Positions 18,833 through 37,191 of a stretch of 64,000 nt of DNA are shown piece by piece. Under the pieces are notes generated by a model. The model saw only the letters and a program-made list of their open reading frames with translations. It had not been told where the DNA came from and made no database searches. Source of the stretch: the human T2T-CHM13v2.0 reference genome, Homo sapiens; NCBI RefSeq assembly GCF_009914755.1, contig NC_060925.1; one strand, given 5' to 3'. Made by a program: the position numbers and the translations under genes. The stretch's first letter is position 1. Each line of letters opens with the position of its first letter.

Positions 18833-20102
18833 CTAAAATTTAAAAAAACCCTAATTCATAGTTATGGAATTATTGAGCATATTAAATAAGATAATGCATG
18901 CAAAGTACTTAACAGCATCGGACATATTTTAAGCACTCACTGATGCTTGCTATATAGTTAAATTATATAGCTATATGTATGTGTATATACATGCAAAGAT
19001 CAGGAGATATGCTGACATAGAATGACTATGGCAGGGTCCTGAAAGAGACCACAAAAGAGAGAAGTTTTCACACTGGTTCTTTCCTTTTGGGGGATGCTGA
19101 CAGTTCCCCTAGAAGGCAGCAGACTTTGCCTCTGGGAGCAAGCCACTGGCCTGGCCCAGCACTCCTGAGATGAGCAGAAATGGGCAGAGGAGAGCTCAAG
19201 ACAGAGCACAGGCCAGACTAATGTCTTCCTGAGAGGAGAGCAGTGGGAGGAAAAAGGGGGCAGCAAAGAGACAAGAGATTGCCTCCTTCACCTCCACCAA
19301 TGTTACCTAAGCTAAAACCCCTCTGTCTACCAAATCAGCCCTGGTCACAAACTAAAACCCAAACCCAACAGGAGGCTTACTTATCCACGCCAATCTGAAT
19401 TTCTCCATGACATGGACCAGGTGGGACTGTGGGTTTGGTGCCATGTACATGACCTGTGACTTAGTGGATGGAGTTCCTTAGGCCACAGCAGCCTCTGGCT
19501 CAATGAAGCTTGATCTACTGAGTACCTGGACCACATGGGGCTCTAGCAGCAGTCCTATCTTGAGCCCAGAACAGTAACTTTCAATAGAATATACACTGGT
19601 ATGTTGAATCAGAAGTTCAAACGCCCTTCACCTTTATGGTGACTTTTCTCTCAAGGACCTCCACTGCTTTCTTCTACTATGCCTTCGTATCATTGACCAT
19701 TCCATCAGTGAGGGCCACCACAGTCCCTCAGAATTCTTTAAGACTAACTAGGGGGAGATTAGAGTACCAATCCTTCTAAACCTTTCAAAAGGCTTCTTTT
19801 GAACCCTTTTCAAAAGATTTCTTCACTTAGCACCCTGGAACCAAATGGAAGTGAATATTTTTGAGAAGACGTGACATCTTTCTCCTGGGCCTTGCCCAGC
19901 CAAAAATGTTCTGTTATCTGTTGCAATTAAAAGAGAGCAAAGAGTAAGAAGTCTCTTTCCTTAAAGTTTCTTTGGCCACTTGAGCGGAGCTTCCCAGAGC
20001 AGTAAACTCCTTTAGGATAGGGACTGTTGGAATTAAATGAGCTGGGGAACCACAACCTAGAAACTGGACTTCAGCTTTGTAAACTCCGAAACTCATTATC
20101 AC

Positions 20103-20972
<870 letters not shown>

Positions 20973-22562
20973 TTAGTCAAAATAACTGATCTCACAAGAG
21001 GCAGATACATAAGCCAGTATTAACTACCAAGTGGAGAAGAATAGTTATAAACACAGGCCAGGGTATTCTCTTCTATATCGAAATCTATTCAGAAGCCAAA
21101 TAAGAAGAAGAAGATTGCATAATAAATATGGAATAAGAACAAAGGGAGGTAGCTAGAGCTAGAGCTAAGGGATATTTTATCTGGGTCCTGGTGAGAGTGC
21201 AAATCTCTAGTTACTAAAATATTTATACCCACCAGGTCTTCGGTGCTGACTAAATGTCAGATTCCTGCCCTCTGAATTCCTCCATGTCCCCTCTCCCACA
21301 TTCTCTCTTTGGCCTGTACAATTAAATAGAGTTAACTATTCTTAATTACAGTCACATTCTGAACACGTCTTCTCCACCTTACACACCCAAATCAGATAAC
21401 TAGTATGAACCATTCTCACGTGCAAGACACATTTATTGATAATCTTTAGTTCCATGGAGGGTTCGATTCATCTGCTTACTTTATTTCCAAGCTTTTGGAG
21501 AGACCCTCACTCCTCTTTGCAGTCTTCCTTTATTTATTTATTTATTTGAGGTGGAGTCTCGCTCTGTCACCCAGGCACAATCTTAGCTCACTGCAACTTC
21601 CACCTCCCACGTTCAAGCCATTCTCCTGCCTCAGCCTCCTGACTAGCTGGGATTACAGGCAACACGCCAGGCTAAATTTTGTATTTTTAGTAGAGACGGG
21701 GTTTCACCATGTTGGTCAGGCTGGTCTCGAACTCCTGACCTCGTGATCCGCCCGCCTCGGCCTCCCAAAGTGCTGGGATTACAGGCGTGTGCCACTGCGC
21801 CCGGCCTCTTCCATTATTTATGACATTGACTTTTCCGTAAAATAAATATATACATATTTTTAAAGTTAATTACAAACGTACAGAATGGAGAGGAGCACTT
21901 TAACAGCCATCACATGATTGGGATTTTGTTGACAGTAAACTAAAAGCTCCATGGGTCCCAACCTTTTTTTTTTTTTTTTTTGACAGTGTCTCACTCTGTC
22001 ACTAGAGTGCAGTGGCATGATCACAGCTCCCTGCGGGGTAGATTTCCTGGGCTCAAGCTATCTTCCCGCCTCAGTCTCCCGAACAGTCAGGGCTACAGGC
22101 ACGTGTCACCACGCCCGGCCTGGTCCCCATAAGTCCCCTCTTCTCCGAGCCAAACATCTTCACACCTTCTGGTGATCATTAGTGGAGAGGCCTGTGAGAG
22201 GCTCTGGTGTCAATGTCCCTGAAATCGAGGGCTCCAAATTGGTCATGGCTCTCCAGATGGCCCAAACAGTTCCAGTTCACAAACATTTATTGAGCATCTA
22301 CTACATTCCAGGCACTGTGGTTATTATAAATCACTGAGACACTGTTTGCCCTAAAGGAGCTACGTGTGTTTGGTAACAGCTTCACAGTAAGTGACGAATA
22401 AGATAGCATTAATCCACATTTGACAGCAAAAGTACCAAAAAAGAAAGAAAGAAAAAGAAGAGAGAGAAAGGAAAGAAAAGAAAAGAAGAGAAAGAAAGAG
22501 GCCGGGTGCGGCGGCTCACGCCTGTAATTCTAGCACTCTGGGAGGCCGAGGTGGGCGGATCA

Positions 22563-22904
<342 letters not shown>

Positions 22905-22919
22905 TTAGGCAGTATCGCG

Positions 22920-23640
22920 TTGATTTCAGTCCACGGAACCTCTGGTGACCGGGTAGTGTGACTCCGTCATTGGTAGCCCCCCGCCCACACAGCCGGGACT
23001 CGCGGCCTTTGAGGACGTGGGCAGGGCCAGTCTCGCCACGCCGCGGCCAATGCCCCGACCACACGCTGGCCACAGGAGTCCTGGCTCCCATTGGCTGCAG
23101 CGGGAAATGGTGAACCAATGCTCATAGACCTTAACGCCCTCCTCTCGGGATCACTTCCGCCTCTGGGGTCAGGCTCCGCCCAGCTTGCCCGGCATCACTC
23201 GCGGCATTGGAGTCAAGATGGAGGAGTACGCGCGAGAGCCTTGGTGAGCTTCACCGCTGTCTTTGCATTTCTCTTGCCCCCCTGCCCACTGCCCTCCTTC
23301 TCCCTTGTCCAGGCTCCCAAGGTGCAAGCCAGACTCAACCGCAGCCTCGTCGACTTGGGCCTGGTAACTGGGCAATGCGGTCTTTCGCGGCCAGTCGGCT
23401 TCTTAGCCCTGTACTTAGTACCTCCCCGGCCGCGTGAGCCTCCCTCTCCCAACCCAGCACCCGTGTGACCTTGTGATGGATGGTAAGGAGGTCCAGACTT
23501 GAGTTTGATAGAACCTCGGAACCTCCTCCCAACGCAGGGCGTAATCGACTTTATGCGGGGCCAGTTATAATCCCCCCTGTTCGTCGAGGTGACCTTGGGC
23601 GCGTCCCTCCGTCTCGCCTTGCTCAGTTCCTGCGTTGAGG
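22920..23640 (+). promoter_or_regulatory. TIMM17A: TIMM17A CpG-island promoter
   Basis: CpG-dense and TATA-less; CCAAT/ATTGG at 22969, 23047, 23090, 23115 and 23206; E2F-type GCGGGAAA at 23100-23107; ETS/GABP-type CACTTCCG at 23152-23159. Confidence 0.85.
23218..23243 (+). CDS. TIMM17A: TIM17A exon 1 (MEEYAREP-C)
   Basis: AAGATGG start, conserved Tim17 N-terminus, donor TG|GTGAGC. Confidence 0.96.
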
Positions 23641-24429
23641 AACTGAAGAATAGGCATTTGAGGGAGTGTCATTCTTGAGGTTTTACTTGTATCATGATAT
23701 GTGTCCACAGAGTGAAGCATTTTAAATGAATGGAACATAGATTTTAGCCAAGGGGTCTGGATAAGCTTCTTTATTGCGTGGGGCCTTGTTTTCCTTCTTG
23801 GAATTCTTTCTTGAGGGTAGAGGGGGACAAAAATTACCTGGGAAATAGGAAGAGGTAATAGCATGTGTTCTCTGAAAAGCCATGGACAGAAATTCATTGT
23901 TACATCCAGCGTTTATTGAGTATGAATAAACCAGACACATAGATAATTATAAAACGATGTAATTGCTGTCAGAAGTCTCAGGTTGCCAGAGTTTAAAGTT
24001 TCTAGGGTCATAGGTAAAAAATCAAATCTTGATATTTCGGTTAATCATTTGTTTTATTGTGTAAGAGCAACAACCAAGATGTCCTCAATTTGTGAAAGTG
24101 CCCAGGACCTTAAATTATTACTCTGGTATCCTAGCCTTGTTGCATGTTTTATGTTCCCCTCTCCCATAAATGGCATACAAAATATAAGTTTTAGGGTCTC
24201 CTGGCTCTTCAAACTTATCTTCTTCAAAGCAGTTATCCTCCATTCTGGATTGTGCTCAGATATGTAGGACTCAGCACACTGTAAATAGCTGTTTGATGTA
24301 CTATAATGACACAGGTTAGCAGAGAGTTAAAATATTTAACTATGTTGAGTTAAAGATCTTAGAAAAATAAGGCCGGGTGTGGTGGCTCACGCCTGTAATC
24401 CCAGCACTTTGGAAGGCTGAGGCGGATCA

Positions 24430-24690
<261 letters not shown>

Positions 24691-24971
24691 TTACTAAATC
24701 ATTAGGTAGCCCCTTTGCTTTCTCTTAGTACATATGCCCTGAAACAATATAATCAGTTACCTGGTTATCTTTGTAGTCAAAACTGCTTTGATTTTTTGAC
24801 TGCCCTGTTTGATTACAGCATTTCCTCAAGTCATTTTATAGGCCAAATATTTATTGGTTGCAGTGGGCCCTGCAGTATAATCTGTTCCATTATAATCCTT
24901 ACTGTATTGGCAAAGAAGATTTTATGGTTTGTGAATGAGAAATATGGTCTTTTTTTTCCCCCTGTTCTTAG

Positions 24972-25071
24972 CCCATGGCGAATTGTGGATGACTGTGGTG
25001 GGGCCTTTACGATGGGTACCATTGGTGGTGGTATCTTTCAAGCAATCAAAGGTTTTCGCAATTCTCCAGTG
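24972..25071 (+). CDS. TIMM17A: TIM17A exon 2 ([33 protein letters not shown])
   Basis: Polypyrimidine tract plus TAG acceptor, GTAAGT donor, 100 nt, frame continuous with exon 1. Confidence 0.97.
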
Positions 25072-25201
25072 GTAAGTGGGTGAATGGTCTTATTTTATCA
25101 TCACTTGCAACTTGGGTTTGATGATATTACTGGTGGTCCCATCAGTGGCTTAGAAATGTACTTCTAATATATTTTTTGTTGCTTCCTTTTTTTTGTTATA
25201 G

Positions 25202-25265
25202 GGAGTAAACCACAGACTACGAGGGAGTTTGACAGCTATTAAAACCAGGGCTCCACAGTTAGGAG
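25202..25265 (+). CDS. TIMM17A: TIM17A exon 3 (GVNHRLRGSLTAIKTRAPQLG)
   Basis: TAG acceptor and GTAAGC donor, 64 nt, after a 130-nt intron. Confidence 0.96.
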
Positions 25266-25722
25266 GTAAGCAGAATTTTCATTTTAACTGAACTATTTTT
25301 TTCTGTTCCTTTGAAGATGGAGCTATTTTTATTTTTAGATTACAACAATTAGTGATTTTAGTTTGGTCTAACGGTTTGTCACAAACATATATCCCTATAG
25401 TTTCTTCTTGATTTGTAGTTTGTTTGAAAAATTAACCTGAATTATGATACCCATTTGAAAATCTTGTCTCTGTCCTTCAGACACTCGGTGATTTTTTTTT
25501 TTTTTTCCTTCTCCAGAAGAAAGACAGTTATTTAAAGCTCAGGTGTGAGGCCGGGCACGGGGCTCACGCCTGTAATCCCAGCACTTTGGGAGGCCGAGGT
25601 GGGCAGATCACCTGAGGTCAGGAGTTTGAGACCAGCCTGACCAACATGGAGAAACCCCATCTCTACTAAAAATACAAAATTAGCTGGGCGTGGTGGCGCA
25701 TGCCTGTAATCCCAGCTACTCA

Positions 25723-25827
<105 letters not shown>

Positions 25828-26941
25828 TCAAAAAAAAAAACCTCAGGTTCGTGAGTCAGGACCGATAGCTTCTGAGGTAACATAAAGCTGAAGAGAATGT
25901 GATCTGAAGGATTGGGGTTTCATGCAGGAGAAACCCATCAAGCCGATTGGGCTCTTCTCCAAGGTTGGTTTTGGGACATTGTGCAGAGGTCATTGGAAAA
26001 TTTGAAAAGATTCTATTCATTGTACTTTGTAAACTTGGTTATTCAGAAGCTGGGAAAAGGGAGGTGACAAAAAATGTTTGTAGGTTATATTCACTTACAA
26101 AGGTATAGTCAGGGTTGGGCGCAATGGCTCACGCCAATAATCCCAGTAGTTTGGGAGGCTGAGTTAGGCAGATAGCTTGAGCTCAGGAGTTCGAGACCAG
26201 CCTGGGCAGCATGGCTGCCCATTTCCCCAGAAAAATGGAAAAATTAGCCAGGTGTTGGGGCATGTGCCTGTGGTCCCAGCTACTAGGGAGGCTGACATGG
26301 ACGGATCACTTGAACCCATGAGGTTGAGGCTGCAGTGAGATTGCACCACTGCACTCCAGCCTGGGTGACAGAGACCCTGTCTCAAACAGCAACAAAAACA
26401 AACAACACAAGGGTATAGTTAGATTGGAGAGACCGTATATAAGACATGAAAAAATCTTAATACTTCAGTCGTTCCTTAGATGTTTTGGGTATCAAAATAA
26501 TCTTCTCTTTGCTTTTCTTAACTCTCACAGTAATGAAGAAGTTAGTACTATTATTATCTCCCATTTTCCAGATGAGGAAATTTAGTTCCTGAGGGTTGAG
26601 GTAATGTTGTATCTTTTTCCTTTGTTCCCTGTGTAAGAATTATCTACCCTGGAAAGTAATTAGTAACTAATTTCTCTTTGTTTTTGTGTTGGTGGTTATT
26701 GTGTTATTCAAGAATGATGAGTGGTATTAAAAAGTTCACACCAAACCCAGAACCTCTAGTATATGCAGAAGCCATATAGGTTTTTGCTTGTTTTTTGAGA
26801 GGCTGCTTCTATCACCTTACGCATTTTCAGTGAGTTAAAATACCATCAGATAACTGTCACTGCCAAAAGAAGCCTGTGAAGACATAGCAACTAAATTATT
26901 AGCTGGGCCCGGTGGTGCATGCCTGTAGTCCCAGCTACTCA

Positions 26942-27046
<105 letters not shown>

Positions 27047-27114
27047 CTAAAAAATAAAATAAAAGGGCTGGGCACAGTGGCTCACGCCTGTAATCCCAAC
27101 ACTTTGGGAGGCTA

Positions 27115-27375
<261 letters not shown>

Positions 27376-27875
27376 CTAAATGTAGGCCGGGCGCGGTGGC
27401 TCACGACTGTAATCCCAGCACTTTCGGAGGCCGAGGCAGGTGGATCACAAGGTGAGGAGAGCGAGACTACCCTGGCTAACACGGTGAAACCCCATCTCTA
27501 CTAAAAATACTAAAAATACAAAAAAAAACAACAACAAAAAAAATTAGCCGGGCATGGTGACGGGCGCCTGTAGTCCCGGCTCCTTGGGAGGCTGAGGCAC
27601 AAGAATGGCTGAACCCGGGAGGCGGAACTTGGCAGTGAGCCCAGATCACACCACTGTACTCCAGCCAGGGTGACAGCGAGACTCTGTCTCAAAATAAATA
27701 AATAAATAAATAAATAAAAATAAATGTAATGTGGTACTGTGGAACAGAAAAAGGACATTAGCAAACTAAGGAAATCTGAATTAAGTATGGACTTCAGTTA
27801 ATAGTAATGTGTCGGCCGGGCACAGTGGCTCACACCTGTAATCCCAGCACTTCGGGAGGCTGAGGCAGTAGATTA

Positions 27876-28154
<279 letters not shown>

Positions 28155-28430
28155 CTAATGTAGATGTTGGTAATAGGGAAAAACTGGAAGAGTTTATTTT
28201 TTCTTACAAAGCACGGTGAAATAGAGGAAGAGTGAGTGGTGATATGAGTGAATTGGAATTATCCATTTCAAATCCTAGAGGTTAGCCTTTTTTAGGAAGC
28301 TATTGAGAAGTTTTTATGGTATTTTAAATTCTAAAAATACTAGGATGATGATTTTATTAATTTGGTGAGCATTTGCTAAGGTATTCAGATCAAGGTGCAG
28401 GGAGGGACAGGCAGTATGGGAAAATCATAG

Positions 28431-28568
<138 letters not shown>

Positions 28569-28780
28569 TGAGTAGCTGGGATTATAGGCATGCGCCACCA
28601 CAGCCGGGATAATTTTTGTATTTTTAGTAAAGACGAGGTTTCACCATATTGGTCAGGCAGGTCTTGAACTCCCTACCTCAGGTGATCCGCCTACCTCAGC
28701 CTCCCAAAGTGCTGAGATTACAGGCATGAGCCACCACGCCCGGACTTAGGTCTTATATTTTCTTTTTTTTTTTTTTTTGA

Positions 28781-29029
<249 letters not shown>

Positions 29030-30669
29030 TAGGATCACAGGCGTGAGCCATCCGGCCCAGCCCAGGTCTTATATTTTCATAGAGAAAATAAGATAGGATT
29101 TTGACATGTCCCTGTTACTCTTTGACCACTTTCTTGCATTTTGGAAGAAGACGTTTCAGGCTCATCTTGTACTTTTCATGCCCTAGCTGTGGGCAGGGCA
29201 GCTTTTCCTGTTGTAGCCATTTCTCCAAAGAGCCCCAGTTCCTTTTAGTTGAGAATGGTATTTAGGGCCAGAAGTGGTAGCTCACACCTGTAATCCCAGC
29301 ACTTTGGGAGGCCAAGGCAGGAGAATGGCTTGAGCCCAGGAGTTCAACACCCTTGACAACTTAGAGAGAATGCCTCTCTACAAAAAAATTTTTTAAAAGA
29401 AAAATCAAGAATGGTATACAATCTATATTTCTGTATATCTATACATACTGAAAATCACAAGTTTATATTGATATCTCGTATTTCCAGTTCATCCCACAGG
29501 ATTCATTATTTTCTTCCTTTTCATATGTATACCTGCCTTCTTAACCTGCTTGGGCTATGGTACCCCACAACAGGCTGCCCTTTGTCAGAGTATACTCTGA
29601 CACTCCATGCCAGGCTGCCTTCCTTGAGAATCTCTCTCTTGCTTAGGCTCTAAAACCTTGTTCTCGGGTGTCCAGGTGTATAGACGTTCGCCTCATCTGG
29701 CTCTGGATCCTCACACCAGGCTACCCTTTATGGATCTCCTCCTCATCCTGCTTAGACTCAAATTCTCCATTCTCATTAGTAGCCAAAACTTATTCTGGCA
29801 ATGATTCTCAGGGGAAGGGTCTCCTGAGATTTTAGGCTCATGAGGAAATGGGAGGGTCTTGTCAGAAAATTTTAGTGAGGTAATTCTAATATACCTAGAC
29901 GTCATAGCTCTCTCCCAGGGCATAGAATTACTGAGTTAGAAGAAATAACTGGTTTATTTTTACATAGGATGTGATGTCTAATATTGTACTAAAAATGAGG
30001 ATGCTTATGCTATACTCCACTGGTACTATCCACTGGATTTATTTATTTTTTTTATTTTTTGAGACGGAGTCTCGCTCTGTCGCCCAGGCTGGAGCACAGT
30101 GGTGCAAACTTGGCTCACTGCAAGCTCTGCCTCCTGGGTTCACACCATTCTCCTGCCTCGGCCTCCAGAGTAGCTGGGACTACAGGTGCCCGCCATCACA
30201 CCTGGCTAATTTTTTTTGTATTTTTTAGTAGAGACGGGGGTTTCACCGTGTTGGCCAGGATGCCCTCGATCTTCTGACCTCATGATCCACCCGCCTCGGC
30301 CTCCCAAAATGCTGGGATTGTAGGCGTGAGCTACCGCACCTGGCTGTTTTTGTATTTAGATAGAGTTTAAGTGCAAAGTAATCTGCTGATTTAAGGTTGT
30401 TTTAAATTCATATCTGAGGAATAAAGGATGGACAGGCAATTTCCATCCCTTTGATGTTCCATAATTCTAGCTATTTATATCATTCATTTGCCCCTTCAGC
30501 ATGGATTGGCTTACACCTGTAATACGTTCCAGAATAGCTGGATTTCTTTTGTTTTCCCATCGGTGATTTTCATAGAGTAGATGCTCAATGACATATAATG
30601 CAGAAAGGCCAAAAATAGAGGTAAGTAAAGCTATGAAAGAAAAGAAGAACGAAAGAGGAAGCAGAGTAG

Positions 30670-31084
<415 letters not shown>

Positions 31085-31311
31085 TAGGCTTTGGGCCGTT
31101 GCTAATTTTCCAGCTGATATAATACAATCCAGCTTTATTCGAAAGATAAGTATTCTAACTCTTGTTCGGTGTTTATTCAAACTTGTGTTTGCATGTATTT
31201 GTTTGGACTATAAATTTTGAGACTATAGTGAGTATGTTTTTGACTATAATATTTTAAATGGAAGATGAAATTTAAATTAGTATTTGCTTGTTTCTTTTTA
31301 CAATAAAATAG

Positions 31312-31440
31312 GTAGCTTTGCAGTTTGGGGAGGGCTGTTTTCCATGATTGACTGTAGTATGGTTCAAGTCAGAGGAAAGGAAGATCCCTGGAACTCCATC
31401 ACAAGTGGTGCCTTAACGGGAGCCATACTGGCAGCAAGAA
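31312..31440 (+). CDS. TIMM17A: TIM17A exon 4 ([43 protein letters not shown])
   Basis: 129 nt, AG/GTAAGT boundaries, PRAT-family RGKEDPWN motif. Confidence 0.97.
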
Positions 31441-32139
31441 GTAAGTAGTCATTACAGACATACTAGTAGAAGCCACACTTTTAGGAAAACCTCATCTGCC
31501 TCAATTGAATGACATCTGTAATATATAAAACTGATTATTGACCAGGCACATTGGCTCATGACTATAATTCCATCATTTGGGAGGCTGAGGCAGGTAGATT
31601 GCACAAGTCCAGGAGCTTGAGATCAGATATAGGGAGACCTGGTCTCTACAAAAAAAAAAATTTAATTAGCTGGGTGTGTTGGTGCATGCCTATAGTCCCA
31701 GCTACTCATGAGGCCGAGGCAGGAGGATCACTTGAGCCACCGCACTCTCACCTGGGCAACAGAGTGAGACCCTGCTTCAAAAATAATAATAATTATAAAA
31801 CTGAGCATTGTTTAATTTGGCATAGCATAAATATACAGTATATGGTGATTTGAAAAAAAAGTAAGGGGATCTATTTATTTGGAATATTTGAGAATGAAAG
31901 AGCATGGAATTCTAACCCATATATTACAGTGGTTGAGAGCACTTCAGGTCCCAGTTCTGCCATTAATTAGCTGTATGACTGGTCAGTTTACCAAACTTTT
32001 TATGCTATAATTTCTTCACCAGTAATCTGGAGTTAATTAATAATTACACCTGCCATATAGAGTTGTTATGAATAAGGAACTTAGAACCATCTTCTGGATC
32101 CTCAGGACAGAGAATTCCTTTGAGCTTAGTGGTTTAGAC

Positions 32140-32993
<854 letters not shown>

Positions 32994-33125
32994 GGTCTTA
33001 GGCAATAAGAAAGAGTTTGGGAGTTGGGGGAGCATGTCACCATATGGACAGTTCTCTTCTTTACTATCTCTTACAGTAAACTAGATTTCTGTAAAAAATA
33101 ATCTCTTTGTTATTAATGTCTTCAG

Positions 33126-33236
33126 ATGGACCAGTGGCCATGGTTGGGTCAGCCGCAATGGGTGGCATTCTCCTAGCTTTAATTGAAGGAGCTGGTATCT
33201 TGTTGACAAGATTTGCCTCTGCACAGTTTCCCAATG
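33126..33236 (+). CDS. TIMM17A: TIM17A exon 5 ([37 protein letters not shown])
   Basis: 111 nt, CAG acceptor and GTGAGT donor, hydrophobic TM segment. Confidence 0.97.
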
Positions 33237-33954
33237 GTGAGTCTTTTTGCTTAAAACTATAGCTCAAACATTTTGGAATGGTTTTCTGATGTTAAGAAAG
33301 AACATACTTTGTGTGATAAAATGTGTGGTATGTATTAATATGCTGTGGTTCATGAGGACTGTGATAATAGGTAAAAAATGAACATGTTATATTTAGCCAC
33401 AAAAACAAAAATTTTTTGTATAAATTTGCTGTTGATCTTTCTTTATAGTACTTAGGGTTTATCAGTGCTCATGTCTTGCAAGAAATGTCTGATCATTTTA
33501 AAGGGACTTGAAGAATGGTTCTGCAGATGTATAACAATCATGATGGTCAATTGACAATTTAGTATTGTACATCTACATGCCAGACACTGTTTTAGGTAGT
33601 GAACAGGACAGTTCCTGCCCTCAAGGACTTACATTCTGGTAGGGGGAGACAGACTAACACATTAACAGATAAATTAGCTTATTTTAGATAGTGTTGCTTG
33701 TTTTGAAGAAGAGAATAGTGGAAAGTGACTCATATTTGGGAAGGTCACTTTAGGGTTCACAGTAGAAGTATCTTAGAAAATGTGTTAGCCCGGCTAATTT
33801 TTATATTGGTTTAATTTGTTGCCTGTTGTTCCTCCTATATGATGCATAGGGTAATAATTAAATTGTGGGCTGAATGATCATTACATGGTTATAGAATGTG
33901 CTCTCAGCTGATTAGCCAGGCATAATGGCTCACACCTATAGTCCTAGCTACTCA

Positions 33955-34077
<123 letters not shown>

Positions 34078-34196
34078 CTATCAAGATGGTGCATTCCTGT
34101 AGTTCCAGCTACTCAGGAGGCCACTCACTTGACCCCAGGAGTTCAAGGCCAGCCTGGGCAACAGAGCAAGACCCCATCTCTTAAAAAAAAATTTCA

Positions 34197-34313
<117 letters not shown>

Positions 34314-34326
34314 TCACTTGAGGTCA

Positions 34327-34732
<406 letters not shown>

Positions 34733-36064
34733 GTGAGGATAATAGTAGTGAAAATTTGACCTGGCATTTGGGAAGGAAAAAAATACGTAGAATAGTGAGA
34801 CATGTTGAAAATTATTTTTGGAGCTTGGAAAAGATTCAGCATAAAGTTAGGAATAGATCATACATCCCAATTTGCTTTGATTTCCCTGAGGCACCTAGCA
34901 AGAGATTCAGTATCTTTTTGGCACAATTTTCAAGTGCACTGCTCGTTAAATGGCAGTGAGTAATCTAGATGACCCTGCAGACCCTCTCACCTTCTGTTTG
35001 TTTTTCATTCCTTACTTCTGAGTTAACACTCTGTTGTGATGGTCACTTTCCAATTTTGTTTTGACTGCTTCAGTGTGAAAGACTTTACATAAAACATCAA
35101 AACAGTTCCATATTCACAGAAATTCAGAAATGGATATAGTTAACTTAAATAGTTACATTGTCTCATAGAAATTAGCCTTGAGTACTTTGTTTTAGGCTTT
35201 TTTCCTCAGAGGGAATCTCCTTTTTATTTATTTATTTTATTTATTTATTTATTTTATTTATTTATTTATTTATTTTAATTTTTTTTGAAACAGAATCTCT
35301 GTGACCCCGGCTGGAGTGCAGTGGTGCAATCTCGGCTCACTGCAGCCTTGACCTCCTGGGCTCAGGCGATCCTCCCACCTCAGCCTCTTGAGCAGCTGGG
35401 ACTATAGGTGTGCACCGCTATGCCCGGCTAATTTTTATATTTTTTGTAGAGATGAGGTCTCTGCCCAGGCTGATCCTAAACTCCTGGGCTCAAGCGATCC
35501 TCCCTGCCTCGGCCTCCCAAAGTGCTGGGATTACAGGGGTGAGCCACCGTGCCCAGCTGGAATCTCCTTTTTAGTAATTAAAACTCAGCATTTATATAGA
35601 AGCAGCCTAAAAGAGGTGTATTTATTTTTAGACAAGAGATGTGTTTCTGAAAAGCTGTGTAGGGGGGAAATCTTTGAAAACTTAATCATATTTTTCCAGT
35701 GAACTTACATGAAAAAGTTTGTCTTGTTTTGTTTTTGAGACAGAGTCTCGGTCTGTCGCCCAGGCTGGATTGCAGTGGTGCAATCTCAGCTTACTGCACC
35801 CTCCGCCTCCGGGGTGCAAGCGATTCTTCTGTCTCAGCCTCCTGAGTAGCTGGGACTACAGGTGCGCAACATCACACCTGGCTCATTTTTTTTTTGTATT
35901 TTTTAGTAGAGATGCAGTTTCACCATATTGGTCAGGCTGGTCTCGAACTCCTGACCTCGTGATCCGCCCGCCTTGACCTCCCAAAGTGCTGGGAATGTGA
36001 GCCATCGTGCCCAGCAAAAAAGTTTTTAAAACAGTGAAAAAAGGTTAGACAGAACTGTATGTAA

Positions 36065-36241
<177 letters not shown>

Positions 36242-37191
36242 TAGTTGGGATTACAGACACCCTCCACCATGCCCAGCTAATTTTCATATTTTCAGTAGAG
36301 ACGGGGTTTCGCCATGTTGTCCTGACCTCAGGTGATCTGCCCGCCTCAACCTCCCAAAGTGCTGAGATTACAGGCGAGAGCCACCGCACCCGGCCCCAGC
36401 TTATCTTTTTTACCCAGTATCTTCTCAAGTTTTCTGTAATTAACAGATAGTTGCATTTATAGTGAAGTAAAAATATATGAGTGAAACACTTTGAAAACTT
36501 CAGAGAATTCTGCCACTGCCCTCTTTCTCTCTTCCTTCCAGATATTTTTTAGTCTACTTCAGTTTTTCTTAAAGGAGAAAAGATTGATTCATCCCCTAAA
36601 AGTCTTTTTTTTTTTTTTTAAGCCACTTTGTTTTACTTAGTTCACAGGCTCTCCTATCCTTTGAAAATGAAAACTGCAAGACTTTGTTCTACAGTAAGCT
36701 AGGGGGTGTCTTCCCATTTCAGAGCTCATTCCCTACTTAATTGGTTATATAAATTGGATTACCAAGTTCTCTTAAAACATGACTAGGATACTTATACTTT
36801 GTGAAAATAATTTTAAATAGCTACTGAAAAATATGACAAGAAGTGGGAGAAACTCTTCTAATCTTGATATATGGCAGCTTGTTACAGCAATTGCTTTAAA
36901 AACTTGAAGTTTGCTTCTTGCTATAATTAATCCGTCTGACTTTCCTAGCATAGTGTTTGAAAACTGTTCATTCTGGAGCATAGCAAGCCAGTCTGTCATA
37001 TGTTATACCAAATTTGAAGGTTCTCCAGTACTCTTATGGGAATTAGGCAGATCTATAAAGAAATTTAGGGTTATAGTTTTAATTTAGCACATTTTTTTGT
37101 TGTTGATTGATTTACTCTCTATAGAGATTTGTTCTTTTTAATAATATAATATTCAGGTGATTTTTAAATCCTTTTTATTTCTCACTTGCAG

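Noticed and set aside
19106-19120. CTCF-like motif between LMOD1 and TIMM17A (another at ~8198-8212)
   Set aside because: Each has about two mismatches to the core consensus and cannot be called without ChIP data.
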